Made by a program: the position numbers and the translations under genes
Source: Acaryochloris marina MBIC11017
GTDB taxonomy: Bacteria; Cyanobacteriota; Cyanobacteriia; Thermosynechococcales; Thermosynechococcaceae
NCBI RefSeq assembly: GCF_000018105.1
Contig: NC_009925.1
Span: 5,160,001-5,192,000, forward strand
Direction of reading: 5' to 3'
Length of the DNA stretch: 32,000 nt
The notes under the pieces: generated by a model
What the model was told of the DNA's origin: nothing
Database searches by the model: none
What the model saw: only the letters and a program-made list of their open reading frames with translations
Part shown: piece after piece, positions 14,804-26,060 of the stretch
Layout: each line of letters starts with the position of its first letter
How positions within the stretch are numbered: position 1 is the stretch's first letter

Positions 14804-15645
14804 TCAAGTTGTCAAAGATAGCTCGTAGTTATAGATAGCTGCAATCAAGTTACACCGCAGCGCGTAGCGACGACGACGATTGCGATAGCGCTCCGACAGA
14901 ATTCTGAAAATCTTCAGGCTGCGATTAATGTGTTCAATGCCCATTCGTTCCTGACTCAGAGCACGGTTATACTCTCGCTGCAGGGAAGTCAGTTCACCGT
15001 GTTGTGGCTTCTTGAGAGGAACATAGCTGTTGGCATGATAGGCTGCAATCCCTTGATATCCGCTATCTTGCAGACTCTCGGTATCTGGATGGATATGGAT
15101 ACCTGAACCCTTGAAGATCTGAAAATCATGCCGACGACCTGGACCAACGTTAAGGCAGATAATCTCTAAAGTGTTGCGGTTAGCGATAATCTGGCATTTG
15201 AAGGTATGTCTCTTTTTTTTCCTGAATAATACGCTTTTTGTCTTGTCTGGGGACGTTCAATGGGCGTTTCAGTCACATCCATCACAACGACATCCGGTCG
15301 CTCGAACCCTTGTAGCAGAGATTTCTGACCGGGTAAGCGAAAGAGTCCTGAGTTCATCAGAGCGGTCTCGACCTGGTGGACAATACGGCAGACGGTTGAT
15401 TCAGAGACTTCCCAATCTCCAGCAATGTGGAAATAGGTCCGATATTCTCGCCAATATTGAAGGGTTACCAACAGTTGATCACATTGACACAACTTTGGAG
15501 GACGCCCTGCATTGGAGCGACTCAGGTGATAGGTATGCCATGCATGGAGCATGCGTTTAAAGGTTCGCTTGTAGACTCCAGTTCGTCGCTTAAAGTCCTT
15601 TGCACTCAGCTGTTGGGCTGTTTCGTAATTCATTGGGTATGGCAC
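14804..15645 (-). CDS. IS5-family DDE transposase, two frames joined by a -1 shift in an A8 run
   Basis: The upstream frame gives MPYPMNYETAQQLSAKDFKRRTGV...VVVMDVTETPIERPQTRQKAYYSGKK. After a -1 shift at 15213-15220 it continues KKRHTFKCQIIANRNTLEIICLNVGPGRRHDFQIFKGSG...SLQDSGYQGI...LSQERMGIEHINRSLKIFRILSERYRNRRRRY... and stops at 14804-14806. Confidence 0.75.
15213..15220 (-). promoter_or_regulatory. Candidate -1 programmed ribosomal frameshift site (A_AAA_AAA_G) in the IS5-like transposase
   Basis: An eight-T run on the + strand (A8 on the coding strand) sits exactly where the two transposase frames overlap. The downstream frame is -1 relative to the upstream one. Confidence 0.5.
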
Positions 15646-16033
15646 TGAATAGAAAGAACATCAGGCTCAATACCATATCGCACATTCAATTATGCAAGAG
15701 GTCTATTGACCAGTCGCTTTGTCATATGGAACGAGAGCGCTAGCTTAGGAGAAGTATTTGACTCTTCTACTTGTTTCAAACTGCCCAATGGTGCAAATCG
15801 CTCTCCCGATGTCGCTTGGGTGGGCCAAGAGCGATGGAATGCTCTTTCTCCAGAAGCGCGAGAACAGTTTCCTCCCATTGCACCTGACTTTGTTCTAGAG
15901 CTGATGTCTCCTTCAGATACTTTGACGGTTACCCAAGCCAAAATGCATGAGTATAAGCAGATGAACAAAATTAATTACATAGAATTTCCTGGTTGTAAAC
16001 TACCTGAGTCCTCTGTTTACATCCATTGATTTG

Positions 16034-17031
16034 ATGTTATTAGTCCGTCCTATCTCCACCGAAAGCTTACGCTTATTGCATCGGATTTATCACAGTAGTC
16101 GCCATCATCAGGTCAGACAACGCGCCCATTGCCTCATTTTGTTCGCCCAGGGTTGGCCCCCCTACACCTTAGCCTCCCTTTTTAGTGTGAGTCCTAAAAC
16201 GGTTTACAACTGGCTTAAGGCTTGGAACAACCGAGGATTTGCAGGACTCTATAATCACCCAGGTCGAGGTCGAAAACCGATGTTTAATCCCGACCAACAA
16301 CAGCAGATTTATGAGTGGACTCAGGCATCTCCCATCCAACTCAATCAGGTGTTAGCTCAGATTGAACAACAGTGGTCAGTACGCGTGTCAAAGGCCACAG
16401 TTAAACGCGTCTTGAAGCAGATGGACATGAGCTGGCATCGCTTTCGCCAAGGGACATCAGGCCAGCCTTTATATGCCCACTACCTCGAAAAAAACAGCAG
16501 TTAGAACATCTCAAGGAACAGGAAGAGAAGGGAGACATCCATCTATTCTTTATGGATGAGAGTGGTTTTTCGTTAGTCCCCTGTATTCCCTATGGATGGC
16601 AACCCATAGGGACGTATCTGGAAATACCGACTCGTTCAAGTAAACGCTTGAATGTTCTGGGGTTTTTGAGTCGACGACAAGGGCTACATGCTTATACATC
16701 AGAACAGACCATCACCAGTGAGGTTGTCAGTCATTGCATTGATACCTTTTTTGCTGACGTGGAGTTGCCCACCGTCATTGTGGTGGATCAAGCCCCTATC
16801 CATACGAGCCAATCAATCTATGAGATGAAAGCAGAGTGGGCCGAACGGGGAATTACCTTGTTTGAGTTGCCAAGCTATTCTCCCCATCTAAATTTGATTG
16901 AGCGTCTGTGGCAATTCATGAAATATCAGTGGATTGAAATGAGTGCCTACTGGGGGTGGTCATCTTTGGTCGAATATGTGGAAAGAGTTTTGAAAGCCTA
17001 CGGCGATGATTATGTAATTAATTTTAGCTAG
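16034..17031 (+). CDS. IS630-family (Tc1/mariner-like) transposase, orfA/orfB joined by a -1 shift
   Basis: orfA is the HTH part (VRQRAHCLILFAQGWPPYTLASLFSVSPKTVYNWLKAWNNRG) and ends at 16504. The orfB frame is open from the A7 run: KKQQLEHLKEQEEKGDIHLFFMDESGF ... VVDQAPIH ... PSYSPHLNLIERLW (DDE triad). Confidence 0.8.
16490..16496 (+). promoter_or_regulatory. Candidate -1 programmed frameshift heptamer A_AAA_AAC in the IS630 transposase
   Basis: The zero-frame codons are gaa aaa aac. orfB is in the -1 frame and is open across this site. Confidence 0.5.
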
Positions 17032-17281
17032 GTGCTTATCGATAATGGTGTGCGTTTAGGCTGGCTAATCAATCGTCAACAAAGCTTTGTGGAAGTCTAT
17101 CGTCCTCATCAACCCGTTAGTCGATTAGATTCGCCTCAAACTTTATCTGAAGAGGAAGTCCTACCTGGGTTTACCTTAGACCTATCTACTATTTGGAGAT
17201 AGGGCTGAGTACTGCGGTTAAACCTTGTGGACGCTTTTTGAGCTTCGCTCTATTGCCACATCTTGAGTTTCTAACCAACCA

Positions 17282-19156
17282 TCAATCATGGGGTAAAAAC
17301 TCTTTGGCAAAGTTGGAAACCTCTTTTAGCGGCATGGGGTTAGCACAGTAAAAACCTTGTAAGAGGTGAACCTTGAGTTGTTTCATAACTTCGATATCCT
17401 CAGGCTTCTCAATCCCTTCACCAATCACCGTAATCTTGAAACTACTGGCCATTTCCACCATGGCGGACAGTACATTTTGCATGCGCTGGTCTTGAGTTGC
17501 ACCCGCGACTAGAGAACGATCAAACTTGAGGAGATCGACTGGAAGCGTCATGACGGAACGCAAAGAGGAATACCCCGCCCCAAAATCATCAATGGCGACC
17601 CGAACCCCCAGGGTATGCAACCGATCAATTTGAAACCTGGCTTTCGATTCAGCTTCAATCAGCCCCCTCTCAGTAATTTCTAGAATCAGTTTGGCTGGAT
17701 CAATTTGTTCTGTAAAAACGAGGTTCTCCAGATAATCAACAACCAGACCTTCTACTAAATCCTGTGCTTCGACATTGACCGTAATGCAGGTCTCTTTGAG
17801 CGCTGGAATCTTTTTCCACTTTTCTAGAGATTTCTGGGCTTGGTTAACCATGAACCGGGCAATATCGCTAGTGAGACCAATATTGGCTGCAATGCTAATA
17901 AACAAATCAGGAGGAATATTTTTTTGATCTAGCTTCCAGCGGGCCAATAGCTCAACCTTGGCGATGGTGCCCGTTTGATAGTTAATGATCGGTTGTCCCC
18001 AAGCTACGATCTTATTTTCTGCAACGGCCTGTCTGAGGCTGCTTTCTAGCCCCAGGCGTTCTTGAGCATCTTGGCGTAACGATTGGTCATAGTAAATGAC
18101 CCGCCGCCGCCCCGCTTCTTTAGCGCGATACATGGCCTGATCCGCATCTCTGATCAGCTGTTCTAGATTGGCGATATCTCCGCTGGTTGTAGCAGTACCA
18201 ATGCTGGCTGAAATATAGGCTTGGCCTGAGGTTAATGTAAAGGGTTGTTCTAGGGTGTTGAGGATCGTGTCTGAGATCGCAAGTAAGTCTCGCAACGGAC
18301 ATCCCGGCAATACTAGAAAAAATTCATCTCCCCCCAACCGAGCCAATAAATGGGACCGATGCTGGATAACATCTTGAACCCGTTGACCCACTTGTTCGAG
18401 CAGCTCGTCCCCCATCGTATGACCCAGGCGATCATTGACCTCCTTAAATCGATCGAGATCCACAAACATCGCTGCTAAAGGTCCAGGAGGAAGCTCAGAG
18501 AACTGTTCCTCAATCCCCACACGATTGAGCAATCCCGTGAGGCCATCGTAGCGAGCTTGGTAGGTGAGAGTGGTGCGTAACTTCACCTCATTCATCCGAA
18601 CTTGTCGAGCTGAATCTAATGCTTTAATCGCCGGGATCAGGAAGAAAATGGTACCGATGCTAATTTGCCATTGACGCGTGGCAGCCATCATCACAATCGC
18701 CGTTGCCAGAATTGCTTGAATAAAATAGTCATTGCCAACGGTCACCATAATGGTCTGGGCTGCTAAGGCAATGGCCCATAAGGTCGTCAATGTCCAAAAA
18801 AACTCTCCGCCTTGAATAAAGGCTGGCCAATTGGTTAAGGCAATTCCACAGATCCAAATGCCTCGACTGGCGCTAATCATATTGACTAAAATTGGAGTTT
18901 CGTAGCGATCTCGCCATTTCCCCAGAATCCGACCGGAATGGGCCAAAAAGGTGATGCCGATCCAGATTGCATAGCCACTCATCCAAACGATGAATAGATT
19001 TGAGTTGACTTGAGGCCAGACAGCAACCGTAAAGGCCAGCATCATTGCAAATGAGCCTTGAACAATGCGCCATCGTTCACTCACCAACCTCCGATCCACA
19101 TCCCGTTGGAGAGCGGTTTGAATCGTCTGAAGATGTGGCTGATTGGAATAACTCAA
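17282..19156 (-). CDS. Membrane-anchored GGDEF-EAL protein (diguanylate cyclase/phosphodiesterase)
   Basis: The N-terminal ~190 aa contain several hydrophobic helices. GGDEF domain: YDGLTGLLNR, FVDLDRFKEVND, LGGDEFFLVL. EAL domain: LILEITERGL, DDFGAGYSSL, KFDRSLV, EGIE, QGFY. The listed start is a TTG, so the true start is uncertain. Confidence 0.9.
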   Translation of the reverse strand: MSYSNQPHLQTIQTALQRDVDRRLVSERWRIVQGSFAMMLAFTVAVWPQVNSNLFIVWMSGYAIWIGITFLAHSGRILGKWRDRYETPILVNMISASRGIWICGIALTNWPAFIQGGEFFWTLTTLWAIALAAQTIMVTVGNDYFIQAILATAIVMMAATRQWQISIGTIFFLIPAIKALDSARQVRMNEVKLRTTLTYQARYDGLTGLLNRVGIEEQFSELPPGPLAAMFVDLDRFKEVNDRLGHTMGDELLEQVGQRVQDVIQHRSHLLARLGGDEFFLVLPGCPLRDLLAISDTILNTLEQPFTLTSGQAYISASIGTATTSGDIANLEQLIRDADQAMYRAKEAGRRRVIYYDQSLRQDAQERLGLESSLRQAVAENKIVAWGQPIINYQTGTIAKVELLARWKLDQKNIPPDLFISIAANIGLTSDIARFMVNQAQKSLEKWKKIPALKETCITVNVEAQDLVEGLVVDYLENLVFTEQIDPAKLILEITERGLIEAESKARFQIDRLHTLGVRVAIDDFGAGYSSLRSVMTLPVDLLKFDRSLVAGATQDQRMQNVLSAMVEMASSFKITVIGEGIEKPEDIEVMKQLKVHLLQGFYCANPMPLKEVSNFAKEFLPHD

Positions 19157-19605
19157 ACTTTTATTGCCGCAATGCTACCCAACTCCATTGTGTTGATTGA
19201 ACTCTCTCATGTCAGTATTTTGTGATGGAATCTACCCCTGCATAGCTTATAAACAGAGATAAGTACCCATGGCAACAGTGTAAGGGATGCCCTTAAAAGA
19301 GAGGGCTTGTTACAAGCCATTATGCCCACGTTAATTCACGAAAGTTTTATTCAATCGTTAAAATAATATTTCAAAAAATATAATTCAAGTCTTTCAGCTT
19401 AGGGAGCCAACTGTATCGGATTGTTTAAGCTCCAGCCACAGGCATTATTTCGACTTTGAAGAAATTTGAAAAAATGCATCTTTTGGTATTGGATTTGGCC
19501 TGATCACCATTATTAATTGATGAAATAGACAGTTTATGAATGATTGCGTGGATCAGAATAGATTTGGAAGTATGCTAATAGAAATAGTGCAAACACGTTC
19601 TTCCT

Positions 19606-20082
19606 ATGGGCATCGAATACTCCGTCCATATCCCTAGTGAATTTATTAGCTCAAATGTCTGCCAGCTCCTCCCTGACTGGCTAGTTCCTGTTCTATCTGT
19701 CTTAATTGTGTTTCAACACTGCCCAGTCCTCCTAGTAGAGAAAACAGCAGAAACAGAATTTCATAAACAGCAACTTCGAGCCCAATTTGTTCAAATGGGG
19801 AGGTTGATTGTGTTGTCGTTGCAACACCTGGGATATCGAGCTGAGATATTTGATCCCCGTACCGGCTATCCCATTCTTTCCCAGCCAGGACCATTACGGC
19901 TAGATGACGTTGCTGTTGTGCAAACGAGTTTGGGATATCCTCTAACCGAAACGGGAGGATGTTGGATCGTCGAGCATCCCCATTGGGGCAATGCCGTGTT
20001 CCCCTCCGTGTTGTTATCGTCTGCATCCCCGGACGTCACCCAAGCCGTAGTAGAAAAAGTCCTAGCCTCTTATACCTGCTGA
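19606..20082 (+). CDS. Hypothetical protein (158 aa)
   Basis: ATG-initiated ORF with ordinary composition. I do not recognise the family. Its 3' end overlaps the convergent ABC transporter gene by 13 nt. Confidence 0.5.
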   Translation: MGIEYSVHIPSEFISSNVCQLLPDWLVPVLSVLIVFQHCPVLLVEKTAETEFHKQQLRAQFVQMGRLIVLSLQHLGYRAEIFDPRTGYPILSQPGPLRLDDVAVVQTSLGYPLTETGGCWIVEHPHWGNAVFPSVLLSSASPDVTQAVVEKVLASYTC

Positions 20083-21983
20083 CCCAAGAGCTGTAGCCGA
20101 TACAAGCTCGCGTAGAGGCCATCCTGCTCCATCAGTTGATCATGGCTACCGGACTCCGCTAAATGCCCTCGATTCAGAACCAGAATGCGATCAACATTGC
20201 GAATGGTCGATAAGCGGTGGGCGATAATAATGGCAGTTCGCCCCTCCAGCAATCGTTCCAATGCCTCTTGAATCACTGCCTCTGTGCCTACATCTAAACT
20301 AGCTGTTGCTTCGTCTAGCACCAAGATTCGTGGATTCCGAATCGCGGCTCTGGCAAAGGCCAAAAGCTGTTTTTGGCCCCCCGATAGATTGGTCCCCCGT
20401 TCCCTCAGAATCGTATCGTAACCATCCGGCAAGGCTTCAATAAACTGGGCCACATTCATTTGCTCAGCTGCTGCCTTGACTGCTTCTAGGGAATACTCCT
20501 CGCCCAGGGAGATATTGCTTTTCACATCCCCAGCAAAAATAAACCCGTCTTGAAGAATGACCCCCACATGGCGTCGCAACTCTGCCTGGGGTAGATCTCG
20601 CACATCCACCCCATCCACGAGAATTTGGCCTTTGGAGATCTCATATAGCCGACATAGCAAGCGAATGATGGAGCTTTTGCCTGCCCCTGTGGGACCCACA
20701 ATCGCGACTTTCTCGCCGGGATGGATACAAAAATCTAAGTCTTTGAGCACCCAGTCTTCTTCTTTATAGGCAAAGGACACATCCGCAAACTTGACCTCCC
20801 CTAACGGCTGATGGTTGGAATGAACGGGCAAAATCTGGGGATGTTCCGGGTCTCGGATTTCGACGGGCTGGTTCATCAAATCATTGATCCGCTCCACCGC
20901 CGTCAAACCTGCTTGGATGGCCGTAAACTTCTCTGCCAACTGCTGCAACGGAAAAAATAAACGCTGAGAATACAAAATAAAGGTGGATAAGGTGCCCAGG
21001 GTGAGGGCTTCTCCCACCACCTGAACACCACCAATCCAAAGCACCCCTGTTACGGCAATAAAGGCAATCCATTCTAGGGTTGCTGAAACCGCAGAATCGT
21101 AGAAAATGGTGTGATCAATTGCGGTGACATAACGCTGATTGATTTGGCGAAAAAGTTCAGCATTATAGGATTCACGCCGGAACAGCTGGACGATACTAAT
21201 GCCCATAATGTTCTCTTGCAGATTAGAATTGAGGGCCGACAATTCTTCTCTAGCTTTGTAATTGGCGCTCCGATAGCGATGTTGAAAAAAGATAATAAGT
21301 CCCGTAACCGGAATCAGCAATAACACCAGCATCAATGCCAATTGCCATTGTTGGAGAAACATAAAAAGCACAATGACGAGGATTGAAAACAAGTCACTAA
21401 CAATTCCCACTGCACCGGTTGAAAACACATCTCCCAGGGCTTCAACATCATTAGTTAATCGGGTAATCAGTTGACCCACGGGAGTGCGATCAAAGAAGCG
21501 AACGGCTAAAGACAAGACATGGGCAAATAAATCATTGCGAATATCTGCTGTAATCTCTTGTCCCACTTTTTGGACTAAATATCCCTGTACGGACTGCAGT
21601 CCAAACCGGATAACCACTGTGATCAGGAGTAAAACGGTTAATAGGTTAATGGTTTCGGGCAGGGTTAATCCTTGGAGCAAGGCCGCAAACCCCTCAACCC
21701 AGCTATTGATCAAGGACGGTAAGGAAAGATTCTCTAACCCATTAAACAACCAGGCCACGGCATCATAGAGTTGGGACTCGCTGCGAATGGCTGAAATAGC
21801 TTGGCCTACCAGAATCGGCTGGAGTGCACCCGCTACGGATAAGGGAATCAAGAGACTGAATACCGTTAAAAGTTCCCGGCGATACCGTCGAGCATAGGGA
21901 ACGACTCTGAGAATTAATCGCCAATCGCCTTGAGAACGGCGCTTAGAACCAGAGGATGCGGGGGAAGCTGAAGAAGAGGTCAT
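20070..21983 (-). CDS. ABC transporter, fused permease/ATP-binding protein (MsbA/multidrug-exporter type)
   Basis: 637 aa. The N-terminal half is a six-helix-type transmembrane domain. Walker A GPTGAGKSS, signature LSGGQKQ, Walker B ILVLDEATASLD, H-loop IIIAHRLS. Confidence 0.92.
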   Translation of the reverse strand: MTSSSASPASSGSKRRSQGDWRLILRVVPYARRYRRELLTVFSLLIPLSVAGALQPILVGQAISAIRSESQLYDAVAWLFNGLENLSLPSLINSWVEGFAALLQGLTLPETINLLTVLLLITVVIRFGLQSVQGYLVQKVGQEITADIRNDLFAHVLSLAVRFFDRTPVGQLITRLTNDVEALGDVFSTGAVGIVSDLFSILVIVLFMFLQQWQLALMLVLLLIPVTGLIIFFQHRYRSANYKAREELSALNSNLQENIMGISIVQLFRRESYNAELFRQINQRYVTAIDHTIFYDSAVSATLEWIAFIAVTGVLWIGGVQVVGEALTLGTLSTFILYSQRLFFPLQQLAEKFTAIQAGLTAVERINDLMNQPVEIRDPEHPQILPVHSNHQPLGEVKFADVSFAYKEEDWVLKDLDFCIHPGEKVAIVGPTGAGKSSIIRLLCRLYEISKGQILVDGVDVRDLPQAELRRHVGVILQDGFIFAGDVKSNISLGEEYSLEAVKAAAEQMNVAQFIEALPDGYDTILRERGTNLSGGQKQLLAFARAAIRNPRILVLDEATASLDVGTEAVIQEALERLLEGRTAIIIAHRLSTIRNVDRILVLNRGHLAESGSHDQLMEQDGLYASLYRLQLLGQQV

Positions 21984-22140
21984 ACGTCACAGTGTAGGGC
22001 GCAATGTTACGAAGTTGCACAATCCTAGCGGTCATTCCAACGATCCTAGCTGGCCTTAACCTGGTGGGGCTTTTTAGTTGCTAAGTTACAAGCAGAGACA
22101 ACGGTTGGAGCAGGGTAGTGTCTCTGAGGAAGAAAAAAAA

Positions 22141-24862
<2,722 letters not shown>

Positions 24863-25422
24863 ATACCTCCATCGCTCCAATGACAATTAGTGGCATTGGA
24901 ACGATTTGCCCACTCAAGGTTCTGCCGCATTTCCTGCCCCATGGCCTGAACACTGGGATCAGAGCTTTGGAGCAGAGCTTCTGAAACATTGTGCTGCTCA
25001 ATTAAGCTGCAGTTTTGGCTGAGCTTATACTTGTCTGTTAGTGACGTTGTTAGACCATCAGCATCACCTTGATCAAGTGCTGAGTCTGTTTAAACAAAAT
25101 TTTCCCAACCTTACAGCTGCTATGTACTACAACCTAGGTTTAGCCTTAAGGTATGAAGGTTTCCAAGATTTAGAAGCTCAAGTCTCTCTTCAAATGCAGA
25201 CTTCTTTTCCCAAAGCCTGCGTAGAAAATTCAGGCTTATGTTGAGCAAAAGCTTGCCTCAAGATCCGGTCTTCTGCACTTGCTCGCAAATCCAAACAACC
25301 ATACTAAACGGGAAAAAATAGGTTAGTTGCCCAGTTTTGGGACGATTGCAGAGGAGGCTTGTAAACAGAATCAAGTTTTTCGTCATCAAGCCAGTTCAGT
25401 CTATATTTTTTTGGTTATTCAG

Positions 25423-25879
25423 TTGACACAATTAGTTCTTCTCGGCGGTCCTCCAGGGGTAGGAAAATCTACGGTCCTAAAAACCCCACCTTTAAACGAT
25501 TTTAGATGTTTGGAAGCAGATGATATCTGGGCACCCAATAGAATAGGTCCGAGACAGGAAGCAATCCGTGAAGTCATTAGGGCTTCTCAGCTCATCCAAC
25601 ACAGTCATCTTATCTTGGGTCTTCGCTAGATCAGAGCTTTAAACTCCTTTCTACGACTATTTTGCGGACCTAACCTCAATTCAATCGATCTACTTAGTGT
25701 GTGATTCAAAAACTTTAGCTTCGCGTCTCGAAAATCGAGGTACTGCAACTCAAGAACACTATGCTCTAGAAAAACTCAGGCTAATTCATACATTACCATT
25801 CAAGAAAATAGATACTACCGATAAGGCACCTGAAGTTGTCGCAACAATACTCATTAAAACTATCAAATCTTCTACCTAA
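25423..25879 (+). pseudogene. P-loop NTPase/kinase-like gene broken by at least two frameshifts
   Basis: Frame 1 gives MTQLVLLGGPPGVGKSTVL... and stops at 25629. A second frame reads ...NTVILSWVFARSEL* over 25545-25642. A third frame, open from 25643, reads TPFYDYFADLTSIQSIYLVCDSKTLASRLENRG...KTIKSST*. Together they make one small ~150-170-aa ATPase. Confidence 0.45.
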
Positions 25880-25957
25880 AAACTTCTCGTCGAAATATCA
25901 ATACAGGCTTGCTCTAGTTGTCAATATCTAGCTAGTTAGGCAATAAAAACTCTAGCT

Positions 25958-25986
25958 TCTATCTTTTTGGATTATCAAAAAAGATA
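25958..25986. terminator. AT-rich hairpin between the P-loop pseudogene and the 109-aa ORF
   Basis: ctatctttttg (25958-25968) pairs with caaaaaagatag (25975-25986), an ~11-bp stem with one bulged A and a 6-nt loop. The T/A runs form part of the stem on both strands. Confidence 0.3.
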
Positions 25987-26060
25987 GGAGAAGTCGCTAG
26001 CTAATCTCAGCGTATATATGCTATAGACACAGAAAAAAAAGCCCAGATCTGACTAAACAA

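Larger units (their letters stand above)
14753..15704 (-). mobile_element. IS5-family-like insertion sequence (~952 bp)
   Basis: Terminal inverted repeats are AGACCTCTTGCA... (14753-) and ...TGCAAGAGGTCT (-15704): 12 perfect bp, then about 26/34 matches overall. The flanking ATT direct repeat is at 14750-14752 and 15705-15707; a TA duplication with ends moved 1 nt inward is equally possible. Contains a DDE transposase. Confidence 0.8.
15956..17036 (+). mobile_element. IS630-family insertion sequence (1081 bp)
   Basis: A TA target duplication flanks it (15954-15955 and 17037-17038). Both inverted repeats begin AGCA and share a perfect 15-bp block, AAAATTAATTACATA. Contains an orfA/orfB transposase. 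Confidence 0.85.
14580..17202 (+). pseudogene. Uma2-family (DUF820, restriction-endonuclease-like fold) gene split into three pieces by two IS insertions
   Basis: The pieces are 14580-14752, 15705-15955 and 17037-17202. Removing each IS plus one copy of its target duplication joins them in frame: ...PPTGGETGKRNATLTSRFVIWNESASLGEVFDSSTCFKLPNGANRSPDVAWV...PDFVLELMSPSD...AKMHEYIDNGVRLGWLINRQQSFVEVYRP...LPGFTLDLSTIWR*. These are typical Uma2 motifs. Confidence 0.85.

Noticed and set aside
15171-15968. ORFs 15171-15560 (+), 15427-15648 (+) and 15690-15968 (-)
   Set aside because: They are antisense to the IS5-like transposase or to the Uma2 fragment, and their sequences do not look protein-like.
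14580-16029. ORFs 14580-14828 and 15706-16029 considered as independent small genes
   Set aside because: They are fragments of a single Uma2 gene whose reading frames run on into IS sequence. Their C-terminal tails (…DLLQYSFDDVVLLFAIPQVVKDSS and …KQMNKINYIEFPGCKLPESSVYIH) are translated IS terminal repeats.
22078-22140. The TTG start at 22078, which extends ldhA by 21 codons
   Set aside because: The extension (MLSYKQRQRLEQGSVSEEEKK) has no counterpart in LdhA-type enzymes. The ATG at 22141 gives the canonical MKVAIFS N-terminus and has a GAGGAAG RBS upstream.
24876-24900. The hairpin tccaatg-N11-cattgga after pgm, considered as an intrinsic terminator
   Set aside because: The stem is only 7 bp and AT-rich, the loop is 11 nt, and there is no immediate T-tract. 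This is too weak to call.
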